This document shows positions 12,680 to 26,478 of a stretch of DNA of 64,000 nt, piece by piece. The notes under the pieces are model-generated. The model was not told the DNA's origin. It was given only the letters and a program-made list of their open reading frames with translations, and ran no database searches. The translations under genes and the position numbers were made by a program. Source of the DNA: Octopus bimaculoides (lineage: Eukaryota); the NCBI RefSeq assembly GCF_001194135.2, contig NC_068986.1:100230942-100294941 (forward strand), in the 5' to 3' direction. The number at the start of each line of letters is the position of its first letter. Position 1 is the first letter of the stretch.

Positions 12680-13045
12680 GGGTGCCTATTTTATGAGAAC
12701 ATACTCGAGTATCTGCCACGACGATGAGTCTCATGGATGTTTGGACAAGATTCCAATAATGATTTAATTCAGCATAGCACTACGTTGATCTTTGGCATGT
12801 TGATAGAGTATCGATGACTGTTTCCTGTCATTATACTTCCACCAACGATCATTTCGACTCTCAGCTAAACTCTAGAAGTCTCCCCAATGTATGCCGCATT
12901 CCGCTTCCTCCAAGCATTTAATTCAGTAGACAACATTCCTGGTCTTATAACTAATACTAGGGTTAAAGCATACACACTGAAGTTCCTATTAGTACATATA
13001 GTCTTGTCAAAGTTCCTATGTCTTGTGATTGATCAACCACCCGAT
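12680..13045 (-). mobile_element. Penelope-like element GIY-YIG endonuclease remnant
   Basis: Minus strand: KTRNVVY*IKCLEE then (frameshift) AYIGETSR, then SSILYQHAK and ILSKHP*DSSSWQILE, matching the GIY-YIG layout VVYxIxC...YIGETxR...SxLxxH...RxIxE. Confidence 0.75.
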
Positions 13046-14487
13046 TTTTCAACATTTTTAGAAACACACACACACACACATACACACACACACACACACA
13101 CATACACACACACACAAACCCCACAACACATTTACTCCCTCACGCATGTGTGTGTGTTTACGCGCGCGTTTGTACACAAACATACATGCATATTTAACAG
13201 GTTCATACATCCTCTGACGTGGTTAGTAAATTCGATGCGAAAATATTCTCGAGACATAGGCAGTGTCTAATGCCATGTCATCGGATCATAGTACGCATGT
13301 AGTTCTGTTTCGTTACGTTTCCCTACCTTCGAATACGGAATCAGTTGCTTATAGCCTTGTGAGATGAACTTTTCGTAGTTCTAAAAATATCAAAACGTAT
13401 ATGCCTAGATATGCACAAAATGAAATTAAAAACATTAAACTTTGAGAAATGTCAGGTGACCGAAAATGCATTTGTAAAATGGCACGCAATGCCAAGCATG
13501 TAGATATTAACGAAAGTCAGACTGTAGATGACAGTTTAAAAATATTCTGGACTTCGACCAGATGACGGAAATTCTAATCTGTTGCTCGAGTTGCTCGTTT
13601 TACGTCAAAAAATCTCTCTCGAATAACGCTCTATTGACTTACAAATGACTTAGAAAATATAGCCCTTTTATATGTAAAGAGATTGAATAGCCTCAAGTTC
13701 AAATCACCCCGCTGGATATGTATGTACATATATACTATATAGTAATATATATGACGTTTCATCTTAGATGAGAATATCTGAGATAAGAATATCTGAGAAA
13801 AAAATGTGACCAATCTAATTCAATCCTAAAGTTGGCATATAATTTGGAAGCGCCTAAAAACATTCTTTTCGATAGATACATACATCGTCATATAATACAT
13901 ATGAAAATAAAATTATTTGAAGAAAGAAATTCGTTCAAATTTATTTAATATGTTGCTATAAAAATAAAATAGTCAAATGGGTATGAATTCCCAACTGGGC
14001 ACTGAAGCACTGTAAGACAAGAACGTATGTGATATAAATTAAGACATTGCTTGCTGGTTCAGACCATAAGAAAATGATTTATGTACAATAAAAGAAAATC
14101 GTAAACTTAAATATCAGACCGAACGAAATATAGGGAAAATAATGTAAAGTACATGCTTAGTAGAAAATATAGAGAAAACGACGAAGAGGAAGAAAATGAG
14201 AATGACGAAACAAATAAGAAAGAACTTTCCCTGCAAGATGGTCCTTGAATATGTTTTGCGTTCTGAAGCGGTGTTTTTAAACTTTCTAATATCTGATAAT
14301 TTGAGACCATCTTTTAAAGGTTGCATTTTTTGGAATGGGGCAAACAAAGATGCAAGACATTATGCAGCTATTAGAGAGAGAGGGGGTGGAAGGGAATCCA
14401 AACGGGCGGCAGATAAGCTCGACAAAATTCCAGCGTGTGGGCGAATTTATATATAAACCTTTAGATATTGGGTGGGCCTAGCATAGC

Positions 14488-14490
14488 TAT

Positions 14491-14571
<81 letters not shown>

Positions 14572-14572
14572 G

Positions 14573-14613
<41 letters not shown>

Positions 14614-14648
14614 CATCATTATTATTGTTGTAGTTGTTGTTGTTTTTG
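14488..14648. repeat. Compound trinucleotide microsatellite (ACT)n(ATT)n(GTT)n
   Basis: Direct reading. Confidence 0.95.
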
Positions 14649-14649
14649 T

Positions 14650-14708
14650 TATCGAATAGTCCCCATCCCAAAATTTCAGGCCTTGTGCCTATAGTAGAAA
14701 GGATTATT
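14650..14708 (+). mobile_element. Isolated 3' tail of SINE family A
   Basis: CCCAAAATTTCAGGCCTTGTGCCTATAGTAGAAAGGATTA matches the tail of the 60701-60918 copy. Confidence 0.75.
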
Positions 14709-14715
14709 GTCATTG

Positions 14716-14751
<36 letters not shown>

Positions 14752-15465
14752 GTAGTAGTATTATTATTATTATTACAATTACGATTATCTATACAACAAA
14801 TATGTGTGTGTTTGGGTGAGCTTATTTTTTATTGGGAAACCAAGTGTACATATTGTTAATATTTTGTATGTAAATATATTCCTTTGCCCAAGCATGAATT
14901 TTGCTTTCGTTTTAAAAATTGACTGCCAAAAGAAATAAATAAAAGAGTTGGAAACTTTAAAAGCTAATGTAAACATCAACTCCAAAAATTTCATTACGAA
15001 GTTTTCGTACATTTGTGCTTTTTACATTTAGGGAATTATCTAGTAGGAAAGATGTATTAAATATACGTATATGTACGTGCATATAATTATATACACAAAC
15101 ATCTATCCAGAACTTCACACAGACATATGATTCATTCCGTGATATATATAGACATACGTAACACATAGACAAAAGACATACACAGCAATCACATAAATAT
15201 GAATATATAGATAAGCATTGTTATACACATACACACATATATAGATACGTGTTAATATATTCATATGCACACGCATTTACACAAGCAGATGTATATATAT
15301 ATATATATATATAATTAGAACCTAAGATGAAATATGACAANNNNNNNNNNNNNNNNNNNNNNNNNNNNNNNNNNNNNNNNNNNNNNNNNNNNNNNNNNNN
15401 NNNNNNNNNNNNNNNNNNNNNNNNNNNNNNNNNNNNNNNNNNNNNNNNNNNNNNNNNNNNNNNNN

Positions 15466-15515
<50 letters not shown>

Positions 15516-16284
15516 TATAATTAGAACCTAAGATGAAATATGACAAGAGAACAAGACATACAAGTAATATCCCGGAGGTCTGAAGAATTATTGTCAATTC
15601 TGCACCGAGTAAACTTCGTGCTTAAATTTTAGCCTGGAGTTATACCAACAGACAATCACTTTACATTTGTATTTTAGTGATGGTGAGACATTTTGGTTTT
15701 TATATATCTTTTGGCAGATTGCCGTACCATATATTGGATGTAAATGTGGTTCTGGAGTTTTAAGTAATTCTGAGATTTTTGAGTTGTTTTCCCCTTTTTA
15801 TCATATTTTTTTTCTGTTTTCTTATTTTTCCAAGTTGTTTCATAGCTGTGTTGTTTTAACATCCTTTTCACTTCCTTTTTTATTTTATTTCACTTCTAAA
15901 TCTAATATTGATTTAATTCAGAAACTATGTTGGAAGGTATATACTTTCTGTAAGTTATATTAGAGTCAAAATGTTGTGGTCGCTCAATTCAGGTGCGAAA
16001 CTAACACTACTTCAGGTCTGAAGATGGTATTTATTGACCGAGGTTACTGTTTGGTCCTCTCGATTTCTAGTTACACTGACAATTAAAAGTCGAATGAAAT
16101 GAACGTTACAGTTTGTAAATATCAAATATTTGTAATGAACCATCGAAGATCCACCTATAAAACATACACTGCAGTGTTTATGATAATTTCAGCATTTCAT
16201 AATAACAGTACATTATGCAGGATCCTACAATAATCTATAACAGTCACAATAGAAGTTATATGAATAGTAAAGTATCAGAGAGCT

Positions 16285-16480
16285 AAAGACAGCGAGTTCG
16301 TAGAATTGTTAGCGCATCAGAGAAACTGATAAGCGTCGCTATTTTCATCCTTTTACTTTCTGGGTGCAAATCCCACCAAGGACAACTTTACTTTTCGTCT
16401 CTTCGGATACAATAAAGTACCACTCAAGTACTAGTCTCTATGTAATAGACTCTAGTCTCCCTCACAAAACGTCTGGCCTT
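16285..16480 (+). mobile_element. SINE family A copy, strongly diverged
   Basis: GCGAGTTCGTAGAATTGTTAGC head, CAAATCCCACC, AATAAAGTACC, CTGGCCTTG in family order. Confidence 0.55.
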
Positions 16481-19400
16481 GAATGCTGTACCTGACCGCT
16501 GACCCGACTAGGTAAATTGTGTTGACTGTCATTTATATGCCCTCAAAATCGGGTCAAATACGTTAGTAGTACTAGGGCTTAAGAAAATAATATGACCGAA
16601 GAAATATAGCTTCTTTGCAACGAAACCCAGATAATATCCTGGATTATTTCCTCTTATTTGCTGCAATGCTTCAAATAACTTTAGTTATTTGCTACTATTC
16701 TTCTAATCTCAACTCACTGGAATGCCACTGTAGACGTTTTTGATGCTCTGCAATAAATATATTTATTGCTACTTAACTGTCGATTTTTATGCAATAGGTG
16801 TCTCTGTTATTATTCTTTTTGATTTACTGTTGAATTATGTTAAATAGTAACTTTTACTGGGATGACAGTAATATAACAGTTGTAGTACATACGGTGCGAT
16901 CTAGGACTAAAAACATCTCGAGTAGCCTCCATTGCGTTCTGAAAAAGCATTCACTTATATAAAGTAATTGCGCTAATATTTTATTCACTCCGTATTTCTA
17001 ATGTTAAATGTGACGCACAGCAGTATTTAAATTCATTATAACTTGCCATAACTGAAATTATCTGTTATATCCGATGTGAAAGAAATAACGCGCACATCCT
17101 TACCAAATTATATCCTGAAGATTTAAAATGGAATGACACAAAACTTTATCTAAGTTCTGCGTTCAGTTTATCTCGGAAATGAAATGAATGGGTGTTTTAT
17201 CGCCTGAATTCAATATATAGTACGTTAGATTAGTCTGTGTGTCCGTACAAGTCAAATAATAAGAATGACAACAAAAATAATACCGAAACAGACTTGACAA
17301 TAACGGTTATAAGCCAGACTTCAGCCAAGGGATGTTTAATAGTATTATTTATAAGTCATGTTATTAGGGAAAACCACAAGGAAAAAAATATCCATTATTT
17401 TGCGCCTGATAAAATATCGGACAAAAATAGAGATCTAAATATAAATATGATTTATATTTACAATGAAGTGATTTTACATGGCGTGTGATAATCTCACCTT
17501 AAGAGATTTAGGATGAATACAGATATTTTGTACGAACAGGCAGGGCTCTGTAGTTAGCATTTTTAGGTGGCGTTGCTACCGTTTGTTTTTTTTTTACGAG
17601 TAATTTGAGAGAATGTAGAATAACGCCTGTTTTTAAATATACTTTTCATGAAAAGTATGGAGGACATTTCATCTCACTGCGACTGAAGATAATGCAGTCG
17701 ATTAATTCTGCAATCAGTTGACAGCATATATTTAATTATATTGACCCATATATTACTTTTTCTTTTCTTCAATAATCAATAAATATTCAGTTAAAAAATA
17801 TATAGTCTAACACTGTGTTATTTCAGCCAAGACGCCACTAAATTGGTCACTAACAATTAAACGTCTTTTAACGCTATCTGTAATGTATAGTCTAGGTGCT
17901 ACAGTATACTTGCAAATTTTGTGTACACTGTTCTACAAATAGTTCAGTCAGATATTCATCTCTGATATATGGTGGTATAGCAACCGTTGGACGCAAATGG
18001 ACAGTGTGAGGAAGAGGCATGTTTTAAGTCAGTATGAGGTACAGTAAAATATAAACTTTAATACAATATAATGGTGGAATAAAACCTTAGGACTAGTTGA
18101 AACTGTTACGTATCTGACTTGGTTTTCAGAGGAGCAGAACTAAGCTTGCTTATATAAAATGTTAATAAATATGTGTTGCATCTAGTTCGGTGATGATTCT
18201 GAAGAGCAGTGAATTATATAAAAGATTTATCCTTAAGTTGAAGAGTGGTTTGCTTTTTATTTGTAAGATGGTTGATTCTATGAAAGAGATTGATATATAC
18301 AATTTACAATAAGGTGAATATATATATATATATATATTATATATGAAGGAGGGGTGAAGTCAGTCAGGCAGAGAGTTAGATGGATCTATAGGTAGATATA
18401 CATAGAAATATATATGCGTGCATATACATAACTACATGCATATATGTGTGTTTGCGTGTATGTATGTGTGTATGTGTGTGCGTGTGCTTGTGTGCGCGCA
18501 TGTATGACGAATGTCTCCTATATCTAACAAACGAGATCAAATACTATTTTCGATATGCCGCTGGTCATTTTCATGACATTGTCGAGCATGTCCACCACGT
18601 ATCACTGCATGGAAACGGTAAATGCTGAAATATACAGCTGTGCATTCTTTAAATAGATTAATATTACTAATATGAGTAAAACATGCAGGCGTTATGTATC
18701 TGGTTCTTCTCTAAGCTAATGGATTTCTGGAGAAATACATGACTATGCAAAAGTATAACCTTCTGTGCATTTTGCTGCATAAGTTTGATATACGCGGATC
18801 GTGGAAGATGATAATGATGTTGATATGATCTACAAAAGATGAACAAAAATTGATGTTCATTTACAGTTAATATATCGCAGTTTAAATTAATATTTATGCA
18901 TATGGAAGGACAGCATTATGTTTTTATGAAGTACTATTCGTAAGTTCCTCCACACGATCTTTGTCTTAATGCATTTGAATTTTAGATTTAAATTTTGTTC
19001 CTAAAGAAAGTATTTATATTCCGGTGTTCCAAATATAGATAATGCGAATGGAGGAATGAGTACTTACTTATTCGTACACCCTGGTAGAACTAGGAAGCCA
19101 ATATCACTTTAATCAAAGACGTCTGGCTTGAAAATGACGTAGTAATGTATTTTCGAATGATCGAACGCATGTGATATTTTTTGTATAGGACGTTTATTGG
19201 AAATTATTTGTACAGGACATTTTTTTGTATTGAATATGTTTCCTTATATCACTTTCGGCTGCGCTTCGGGTTACATGTAAAATATAGTTTTGTATTTCTG
19301 TTTACTCCTGTCTATAAGAAATACTTCCCTGGATTATGTGTGCATATATATATATACATACATACAAACATACAAAAACGATATATATATATATATATAT

Positions 19401-20211
19401 ATATATGTTTGTGTGTCTGCGTGTGTGTGTGTGAATGCAAGCATTATGTAATGATACGGATGTGTGTGTATGTTTGTGTGATTTGATTGTATTTTCAAGT
19501 GTTTTCCGTATTAAACGTATCTAAATATATTTATGTATCACACGTGTCGCCGCATTGTGCCTGTTAATTTTCAATTTTACTGAAGCATCTTGCTAAGAGT
19601 TGGACACAAAATTATCTTCGATATAATTGCAAAAGATGTATTCATATAATTAAAAGAAGAGCTAATTTGTATAAGGTAATTTTATAATTACACACTTAAT
19701 ATTGTTTTCATTATTTCAAGCACTCTTGTGAAGTAATTTTCCAACCGAAAATAAAAGTATTTGTGTTCATGATAGTCCTGTGCATTTAAATGAAATAATG
19801 CTAATATAAATAAACAGCTCAGATGATTTTTATTTGTAATATTTAAATGTTTGTTGTCGAAAAGCACCCGCAGACGGCCGTTGGATAACAACCTGTTTAT
19901 GAAAAGAAGAGCAAGTATAACAGTAAAATATCCTGTTCTCCAAGTTGTTCTTAAAAGATATTGAAGTTAACATTTCCAGAGAAAATAGAATAACATCAAA
20001 CATCACAGTTTCCAAATGAAAATAAGTGTGCATAAAGTGAAGACTGTACGGTAACTTGAAATGGAATGAATCAGGCAAATATTATGTTAATGCATATCAA
20101 ATGAATAACAATAAACATTAAAAAGTTATATAGATAACGTTTTGTTACATAAATAAAATGTTTGAATGTCTGAACTGTTCAAGGCGAAGGATTCTCAAGA
20201 GGAATACTAAC

Positions 20212-20411
20212 ATTATTTACATTATTTACATTATTTACATTCGACGGATATTTTGTGCTCATCTTATTTGTTGTTAACACAATGTTTCTCCTGATATACT
20301 CTCCAGCTTTCTTCAGGTGTCTTGGAGAAATTTCGAACCTGGGTTCTCATTCCTAAGGTATATGAGGACAAATATCAGTCGAATGTAAATAATGTAAATA
20401 ATGTAAATAAT
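20212..20411 (-). mobile_element. Penelope-like terminal-repeat remnant in inverted arrangement with (TTTACATTA)n ends
   Basis: Arms 20212-20262 and 20362-20411 are inverted repeats (48/51), each ending in three 9-bp units; the interior holds a hammerhead-like motif. Confidence 0.7.
20276..20321 (-). ncRNA. Type I hammerhead-ribozyme-like motif, decayed
   Basis: Minus strand GACAC-CTGAAGA-A-AGCTG-GAGAGTATAT-CAGGA-GAAAC-ATT-GTGTT: stem I GACAC/GTGTT pairs, core CUGAAGA and GAAAC intact, stem II reduced to 3 bp. Confidence 0.65.
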
Positions 20412-20659
20412 TCCTCATCTCTTAAATATCGAACTGAGGAATAATATTCCGATTAAATTTTTTAAGAAGCGATATACAAGAAATATGAGACATGTGCGTG
20501 AATCAACGTAGGTTTTATTGACCGCAGTACAGTTATGCCTTTAGTAAAGCAACACTGCGCAATATTATGAGATAGGCTTCCGAAATCTTCCACGCTTGTG
20601 CTCGAACAGCAATTTGTGCGAAAGCTGGTATCGCATTTAGTAAAATATTGTCCAGAATA

Positions 20660-20880
20660 TAGTAGTTTGTCTGAATCATTTTCACCCCAGGAAACTCCTG
20701 CACTTTAGAGTGAAAGGTGTGCTTAAATGGACACACTGTCTTCTTTCAGGAGCATCTAACTTTATCAGAGATCTGGGAGTAATTGTTGATGACACACGAT
20801 CAGTTGGGGTACTCACTATGTTGGAGCGCTGAATGAATACTTAGATACTCAGAAATTTACAATTCAAGGAGTCAAATTGC
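20660..20880 (+). mobile_element. CR1/L2-type LINE ORF2 fragment
   Basis: SNFIRDLGVIVDD, SWGTH, *ILRNLQFK resemble RDLGVIVDNNLSW..H...WILRTF. Confidence 0.6.
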
Positions 20881-22191
20881 ATTATCATTCGCTTGTCTTC
20901 CTTTGTATTGTTACTCCTAGAATATGGTGCCCTGAGTACTTACCAAACTAAACGAAAAATCATTATTATTTAGGCATCTCGACTATCATAATTATGTATA
21001 AATGAGACATGTGTCACCGAGAAGATAGGATATTGAATGTTAGCTCTTCTTTTAAATAAATAAATATATATTTTTTGTAATTATATCGAAAATTATTTGG
21101 TGCCCAATCAAATTAGCAAGATGCTTCAATAAAATTGAAAATTAACAGGCATAGTGCGATGAATTATATGATACATAGATATAGCCAAATACATTTATTT
21201 CGGAAATATAATAAAATCACACAAACATACACATACACACACACATATACATAATGCATGCATACACACATACACGCACATATTTTGATATAATTACTGA
21301 CTCATTCTTTTACTGGGACTTTTATACTTAACGCTCGTTACTTAAATACACATATGCGCCGTATCATATACATCATCAAGTAAACAATCTGAACATTTTG
21401 GCAGGTAATTCTGTCTGTTTCTCTATATCATTCGATAGTCACATACATAGATAATTGTTTTAAAATTGTGAATAAGTAACTGTATTACATTGGACTAATA
21501 TTAAAACCAGCTAACCCGTAACAGCAGATTTCTGATTACTCGCGTGACACGAGATATATTTGATTTTGATCAATACCTATTCAGAGTGAAATGTTAATTA
21601 GGGAATATAATTATGTTGCATGGCAAAATAAAATATCATCGTTTAATGGGTTTATCTTTAAGTTTATGATGGGGTGGAAATTATTTATATGGCTTGTTAT
21701 GGAAGCTTCTGTTTCATATCATATCAGTGAAACTTGAAAGAAAATAATTATGCTGATGTGAGATGGATAACATGAAGATAAATTGCAGTTCATTATTAGA
21801 AATTATATTATATACCAATTCATCAAAAATAATTATATCTTAGTTTTAAATCATTGCTTATGCATAAACAATAACGTTATGTTTTGTAGAGTATTATCTG
21901 AGATTTTCTCTAAATACTACGCTATCTTATACTTTTTGTTTGCTAGATGATTGAAACGCTACGTAGTTATTGGTTCTAATTAAAATCGATCGTACCTCCC
22001 TCAACGTTCAGAAAATTGGCTCGAGGGAGGTGAGACATATTGGATACTGTCACGAACCCCGGCATGGGTTCGGTAATTTTCAAACCGATGTTCTAGCATG
22101 TCAGCATGCCATAGGCACGATTGTGTATAGAGTTTTATGGAAGTATGATCTTTAATTCGGTTAAGACACCCAATATCAACTAAATATTTAG

Positions 22192-22224
<33 letters not shown>

Positions 22225-22229
<5 letters not shown>

Positions 22230-22252
22230 AACCATGTATACATGGTTTAAAT
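22225..22252. repeat. Perfect 28-bp palindrome next to (TA)n
   Basis: ATTTAAACCATGTA|TACATGGTTTAAAT. Confidence 0.95.
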
Positions 22253-24395
22253 TGCAGCTTCTTTTTACTTAAAGAATATGGCTGGCAGAAAGTGGGAAAT
22301 TCATCATAGGAGAAAGGCAGCAAAGGCAGCTCATATAGAGAAATGCTCATATGATCCTATTAACGATTCCTTGTAGGTTTGGTTTTTCCCGACAGTAATG
22401 AGGTCAACATAAATTCTACTGTTAAAAGGGCTATTTCTTTTCTAGATAATGTAGCAATAAATATATTTATATGTTGAATATTCTTCAGTAAACGCATACT
22501 TGATTGTGTATTTAATATATGTATTGAAACAACCATATCTGAATATAGTTTTATATTTCCTCAAGGAAACTTTATTTGTAGAAATGTGGTAAATTACTCA
22601 CCTGGGGTGTTAAAAATGTACACTTGGCAGTATAACAGCAACAGCTAGATTGAGTCTGTGTGGAGAAATTATCAAAATTGGTCTCTTCTAACGCTCGGTA
22701 GTTGCTAAATGTTGCTAAATGTTGAAGTAAGTTTACATATGAAAAGTAAGTAATTTTTTTACTAATACGATACAATTGCCAGTATTTAATTAAAATGTCA
22801 CGTTATATTTTGTGGAAACGATCAAGTCAATAGATAATTACATATGCTTTTCTTTATGTTTTGCAAATTCGGATTTGGAGATAATAAAATGTTGTCAATA
22901 TACCAGTCAAATATATACATCTTTCTTACAGTAATTGGCCTTGTGCATAAGCGATGTCCATCAATATTCAATGTACAAATATTATCTGATAACCAATACT
23001 AACGATGTGATGTGATGACAATTATCTTCATGCAAACCATCAATAATTTTGGAAATATTATGAAAGACTCAGAATACCCGACTTCAAAGTTATCTACACT
23101 TTAAGAATTTTCTGCTAAGTCATCAAAGTAGTAAAATTTAAAAGGAAACAATCTAGTATTGATGAACATTGATTAATAAACCGAGATTCGTTTCAATTCT
23201 CTATTAAACTTTTGTACCTCGTTGTGATACAGTTGTTCTGGGGCAGCATAAACATATCAAGTCAATAGGTTAGATAGAAGCTTGATAGCAAGCTACTGTA
23301 CTATATGATAGCGTTAGGTCGTTTACAGTTAGTGGAAGTTGTCTGGCCTCCGAAGATCTGAAATAGAAAATCATATTTTCAAAGACTATTTCAGCAGCGT
23401 CATTCCCATTATTGTCTGACTCATTAAGCAATATATACTCTATATAAGCTATATATAATGTCACTTCTACTATATTTAGGAGGTAAATCTACTGTACTCA
23501 ACGCACTTCACCATTAGTTTGCAAAAAGTAGTTTTAGTTATAGGCATCTAAGGTTAGGCTTTTCCTGCAAGATAACAATTAGTAATAAAAGAATTTCGTT
23601 AGATATCAATCTTCTCACATATTTAAAACATTATTGGATATGTTAAAAATCAGTCTATATGTAATATCGAAACAGTTTGTTGTAAATTGTACACACGCTT
23701 GTAAAAACAAAACAATAAACAAACCGAGAACGTCAGACCAAAACGATAATTTGGTGACCGAAGTTTATGCAAGGTAATACATACTGTTTATGATTTTGTA
23801 TAGCAAAATACACAAGCGAAAATTTTGTTCATATTATGCATGCATTTACGCAGTGAAAGCACATAAAATGTCATTAAGCAGAGAGTCAGTACCACGAATT
23901 TATTATATCGTGAATAAAATAAATACAAAGACTGGTACTCAAATATAACTTATGTATGTGATTAAACCGAGCAGTCTAAGAGCGCAAGTAAGATGTTAAT
24001 ACTGAATGAATAATCATAAAGCTAAGGCTTTCTATGAGCGCAGGGTTACCTCCCTTTGTGTGAGCGCAGGGTGGCCTCTCTCAACCGCAACTGAGGATGA
24101 CGTAATGAACTAGAAATTCCTTTAGGGACCCGAGAGAAGGCGCCATTGAGCTGATACTTGTTCACTTGAACCCTTTACCATATGATGCCGTAAGCCCTAA
24201 TTCATTTCCCCCACGGTAAATTGCAATCAAATGGCCATTGCTAGTTAAAATATATTACAAACATCTTTGAGCTACTCTAAAGTATGTTTGTTATTCAATC
24301 TCATCTTCTCTCTCTCTCTCACACACATACATATACATATACATAATATATACATGTGAGTGTCAGCGTGCGTATGGGTGTCTTTCACTTCTTTT

Positions 24396-24445
24396 GGACA
24401 TTAGACTGCGGCCATGCTGTGGCACAATCTCGAAGAATTTTCCCG
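24396..24445 (-). mobile_element. SINE family B 3' fragment
   Basis: CATTAGACTGCGGCCATGCTG matches 46277-46295 region (CATTTGACTGCGGCCATG). Confidence 0.65.
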
Positions 24446-25202
24446 TGTCGTATATATATATATATNNNNNNNNNNNNNNNNNNNNNNNNNNNNNNNNNNN
24501 NNNNNNNNNNNNNNNNNNNNNNNNNNNNNNNNNNNNNNNNNNNNNNNNNNNNNNNNNNNNNNNNNNNNNNNNNNNNNNNNNNNNNNNNNNNNNNNNNNNN
24601 NNNNNNNNNNNNNNNNNNNNNNNNNNNNNNNNNNNNNNNNNNNNNNNNNNNNNNNNNNNNNNNNNNNNNNNNNNNNNNNNNNNNNNNNNNNNNNNNNNNN
24701 NNNNNNNNNNNNNNNNNNNNNNNNNNNNNNNNNNNNNNNNNNNNNNNNNNNNNNNNNNNNNNNNNNNNNNNNNNNNNNNNNNNNNNNNNNNNNNNNNNNN
24801 NNNNNNNNNNNNNNNNNNNNNNNNNNNNNNNNNNNNNNNNNNNNNNNNNNNNNNNNNNNNNNNNNNNNNNNNNNNNNNNNNNNNNNNNNNNNNNNNNNNN
24901 NNNNNNNNNNNNNNNNNNNNNNNNNNNNNNNNNNNNNNNNNNNNNNNNNNNNNNNNNNNNNNNNNNNNNNNNNNNNNNNNNNNNNNNNNNNNNNNNNNNN
25001 NNNNNNNNNNNNNNNNNNNNNNNNNNNNNNNNNNNNNNNNNNNNNNNNNNNNNNNNNNNNNNNNNNNNNNNNNNNNNNNNNNNNNNNNNNNNNNNNNNNT
25101 ATATATATAAGTTCAAAAAAGAAAAACGACAAATATATAAAAGTGTATATATAAATATAAATATAAATATTTATATATATGTAAATATATCTATAGATAG
25201 AT

Positions 25203-25248
<46 letters not shown>

Positions 25249-25804
25249 TATTTCACTTAGGCATAATGAAATATATATATATATATATACATATATATAT
25301 ACTGTTCCAGTCACCATTATACGCATACAATCTGATAAATAAACAAGACTATAGTTCTTTAAACAATACTCAGAAATTAAGAGATGCTAAGCAAATATAA
25401 ATATAGAGCTCTTACCACCATAATTGCTATATTATTTTTCGTTTTAATTGAAAATAGAATTATGTGTTCTCTGCGAGTACTTATTGAACTTCCGAAATAT
25501 TTTAATTACATTAATGAGTATTGGATACAAAACTATAATCTCCGAATTTGAATGTTATCACCTTACTAGAATAGGCTGATCTAAAGAAACATTAATTTAC
25601 CTTTCGGTAGAATTTTCAATGAATGCCTCTGTTCACTTTATTATGTATAACATTCATTTGAGTACTTATTATAGGTATTTGCGTTATTTCGATTAAAGCT
25701 ATCATTAATTTGAATAGTTTTATGTATAGCCCTATGTTTATAATTATATGTATCTGTATTTACTCTTTTTTTTACTGATTTTTGATTCATATTTATTGCA
25801 TTGT

Positions 25805-25853
<49 letters not shown>

Positions 25854-26478
25854 ACCTAACAAAACATAATTGTGTTTGAATCTTTTTGCGCGGAATTATT
25901 TTGCGGGATTGTTTTAAACTTAACTAGAATGTTGCTTTTAAGAATCCCGCCCGGCTTGAGCATATCCTGTGTTTGTCAATTATACACTTATACTAGCCTC
26001 TTCTCACGCACACACACAAACCACCTGTGTGTGTATGTGTATTTGTGGGAGGTGTTGGGTACAGTGGAAGAAGTACAGAGAATTTGAACATGCACTTACA
26101 ATCTTTAGAATTATTTATTTTTTTTGTAATTTTGTGATTCACAAAATTAACGTGAGATGGAGGTATCCATATTTTTACTTACACCCCTGAATGAAGTTGT
26201 CTGTTTTACACGTGGGATTAATTATGCACATGATGCCATCAGTACACAACTGTTTTTGATGTCTTACTTCAGTGACGGCGCCATGCGATATGCTCAACAG
26301 ATTGTCGAAATACCTAATAGAGAGATCGTTTACTTGTTTTGTTGCGAGTGTAAGTTTCATATTTCTATTACCATGAGTGTGTAAGGTAGCTTCAGGTATC
26401 CATTCGATTTGTTGCCATATACAGTTCGGCGTCATTTATAAATGATAATTTTCCTTTTTTACTTCTCTTTATTTTCAG

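Noticed and set aside
14107-14330. Acidic reading frame DRTKYRENN...DEEEENENDETNKK...GP*
   Set aside because: Purine-rich low complexity with no pyrimidine tract or start context.
15312-15546. Repeat of TAATTAGAACCTAAGATGAAATATGACAA around a gap
   Set aside because: Flanks an N gap next to (TA)n; probable assembly artefact.
16015-16055. CTGAAGATGGT...ACCGA, hammerhead-like
   Set aside because: GAAAC is absent and stem I is not convincing; at best an unrecognisably decayed copy.
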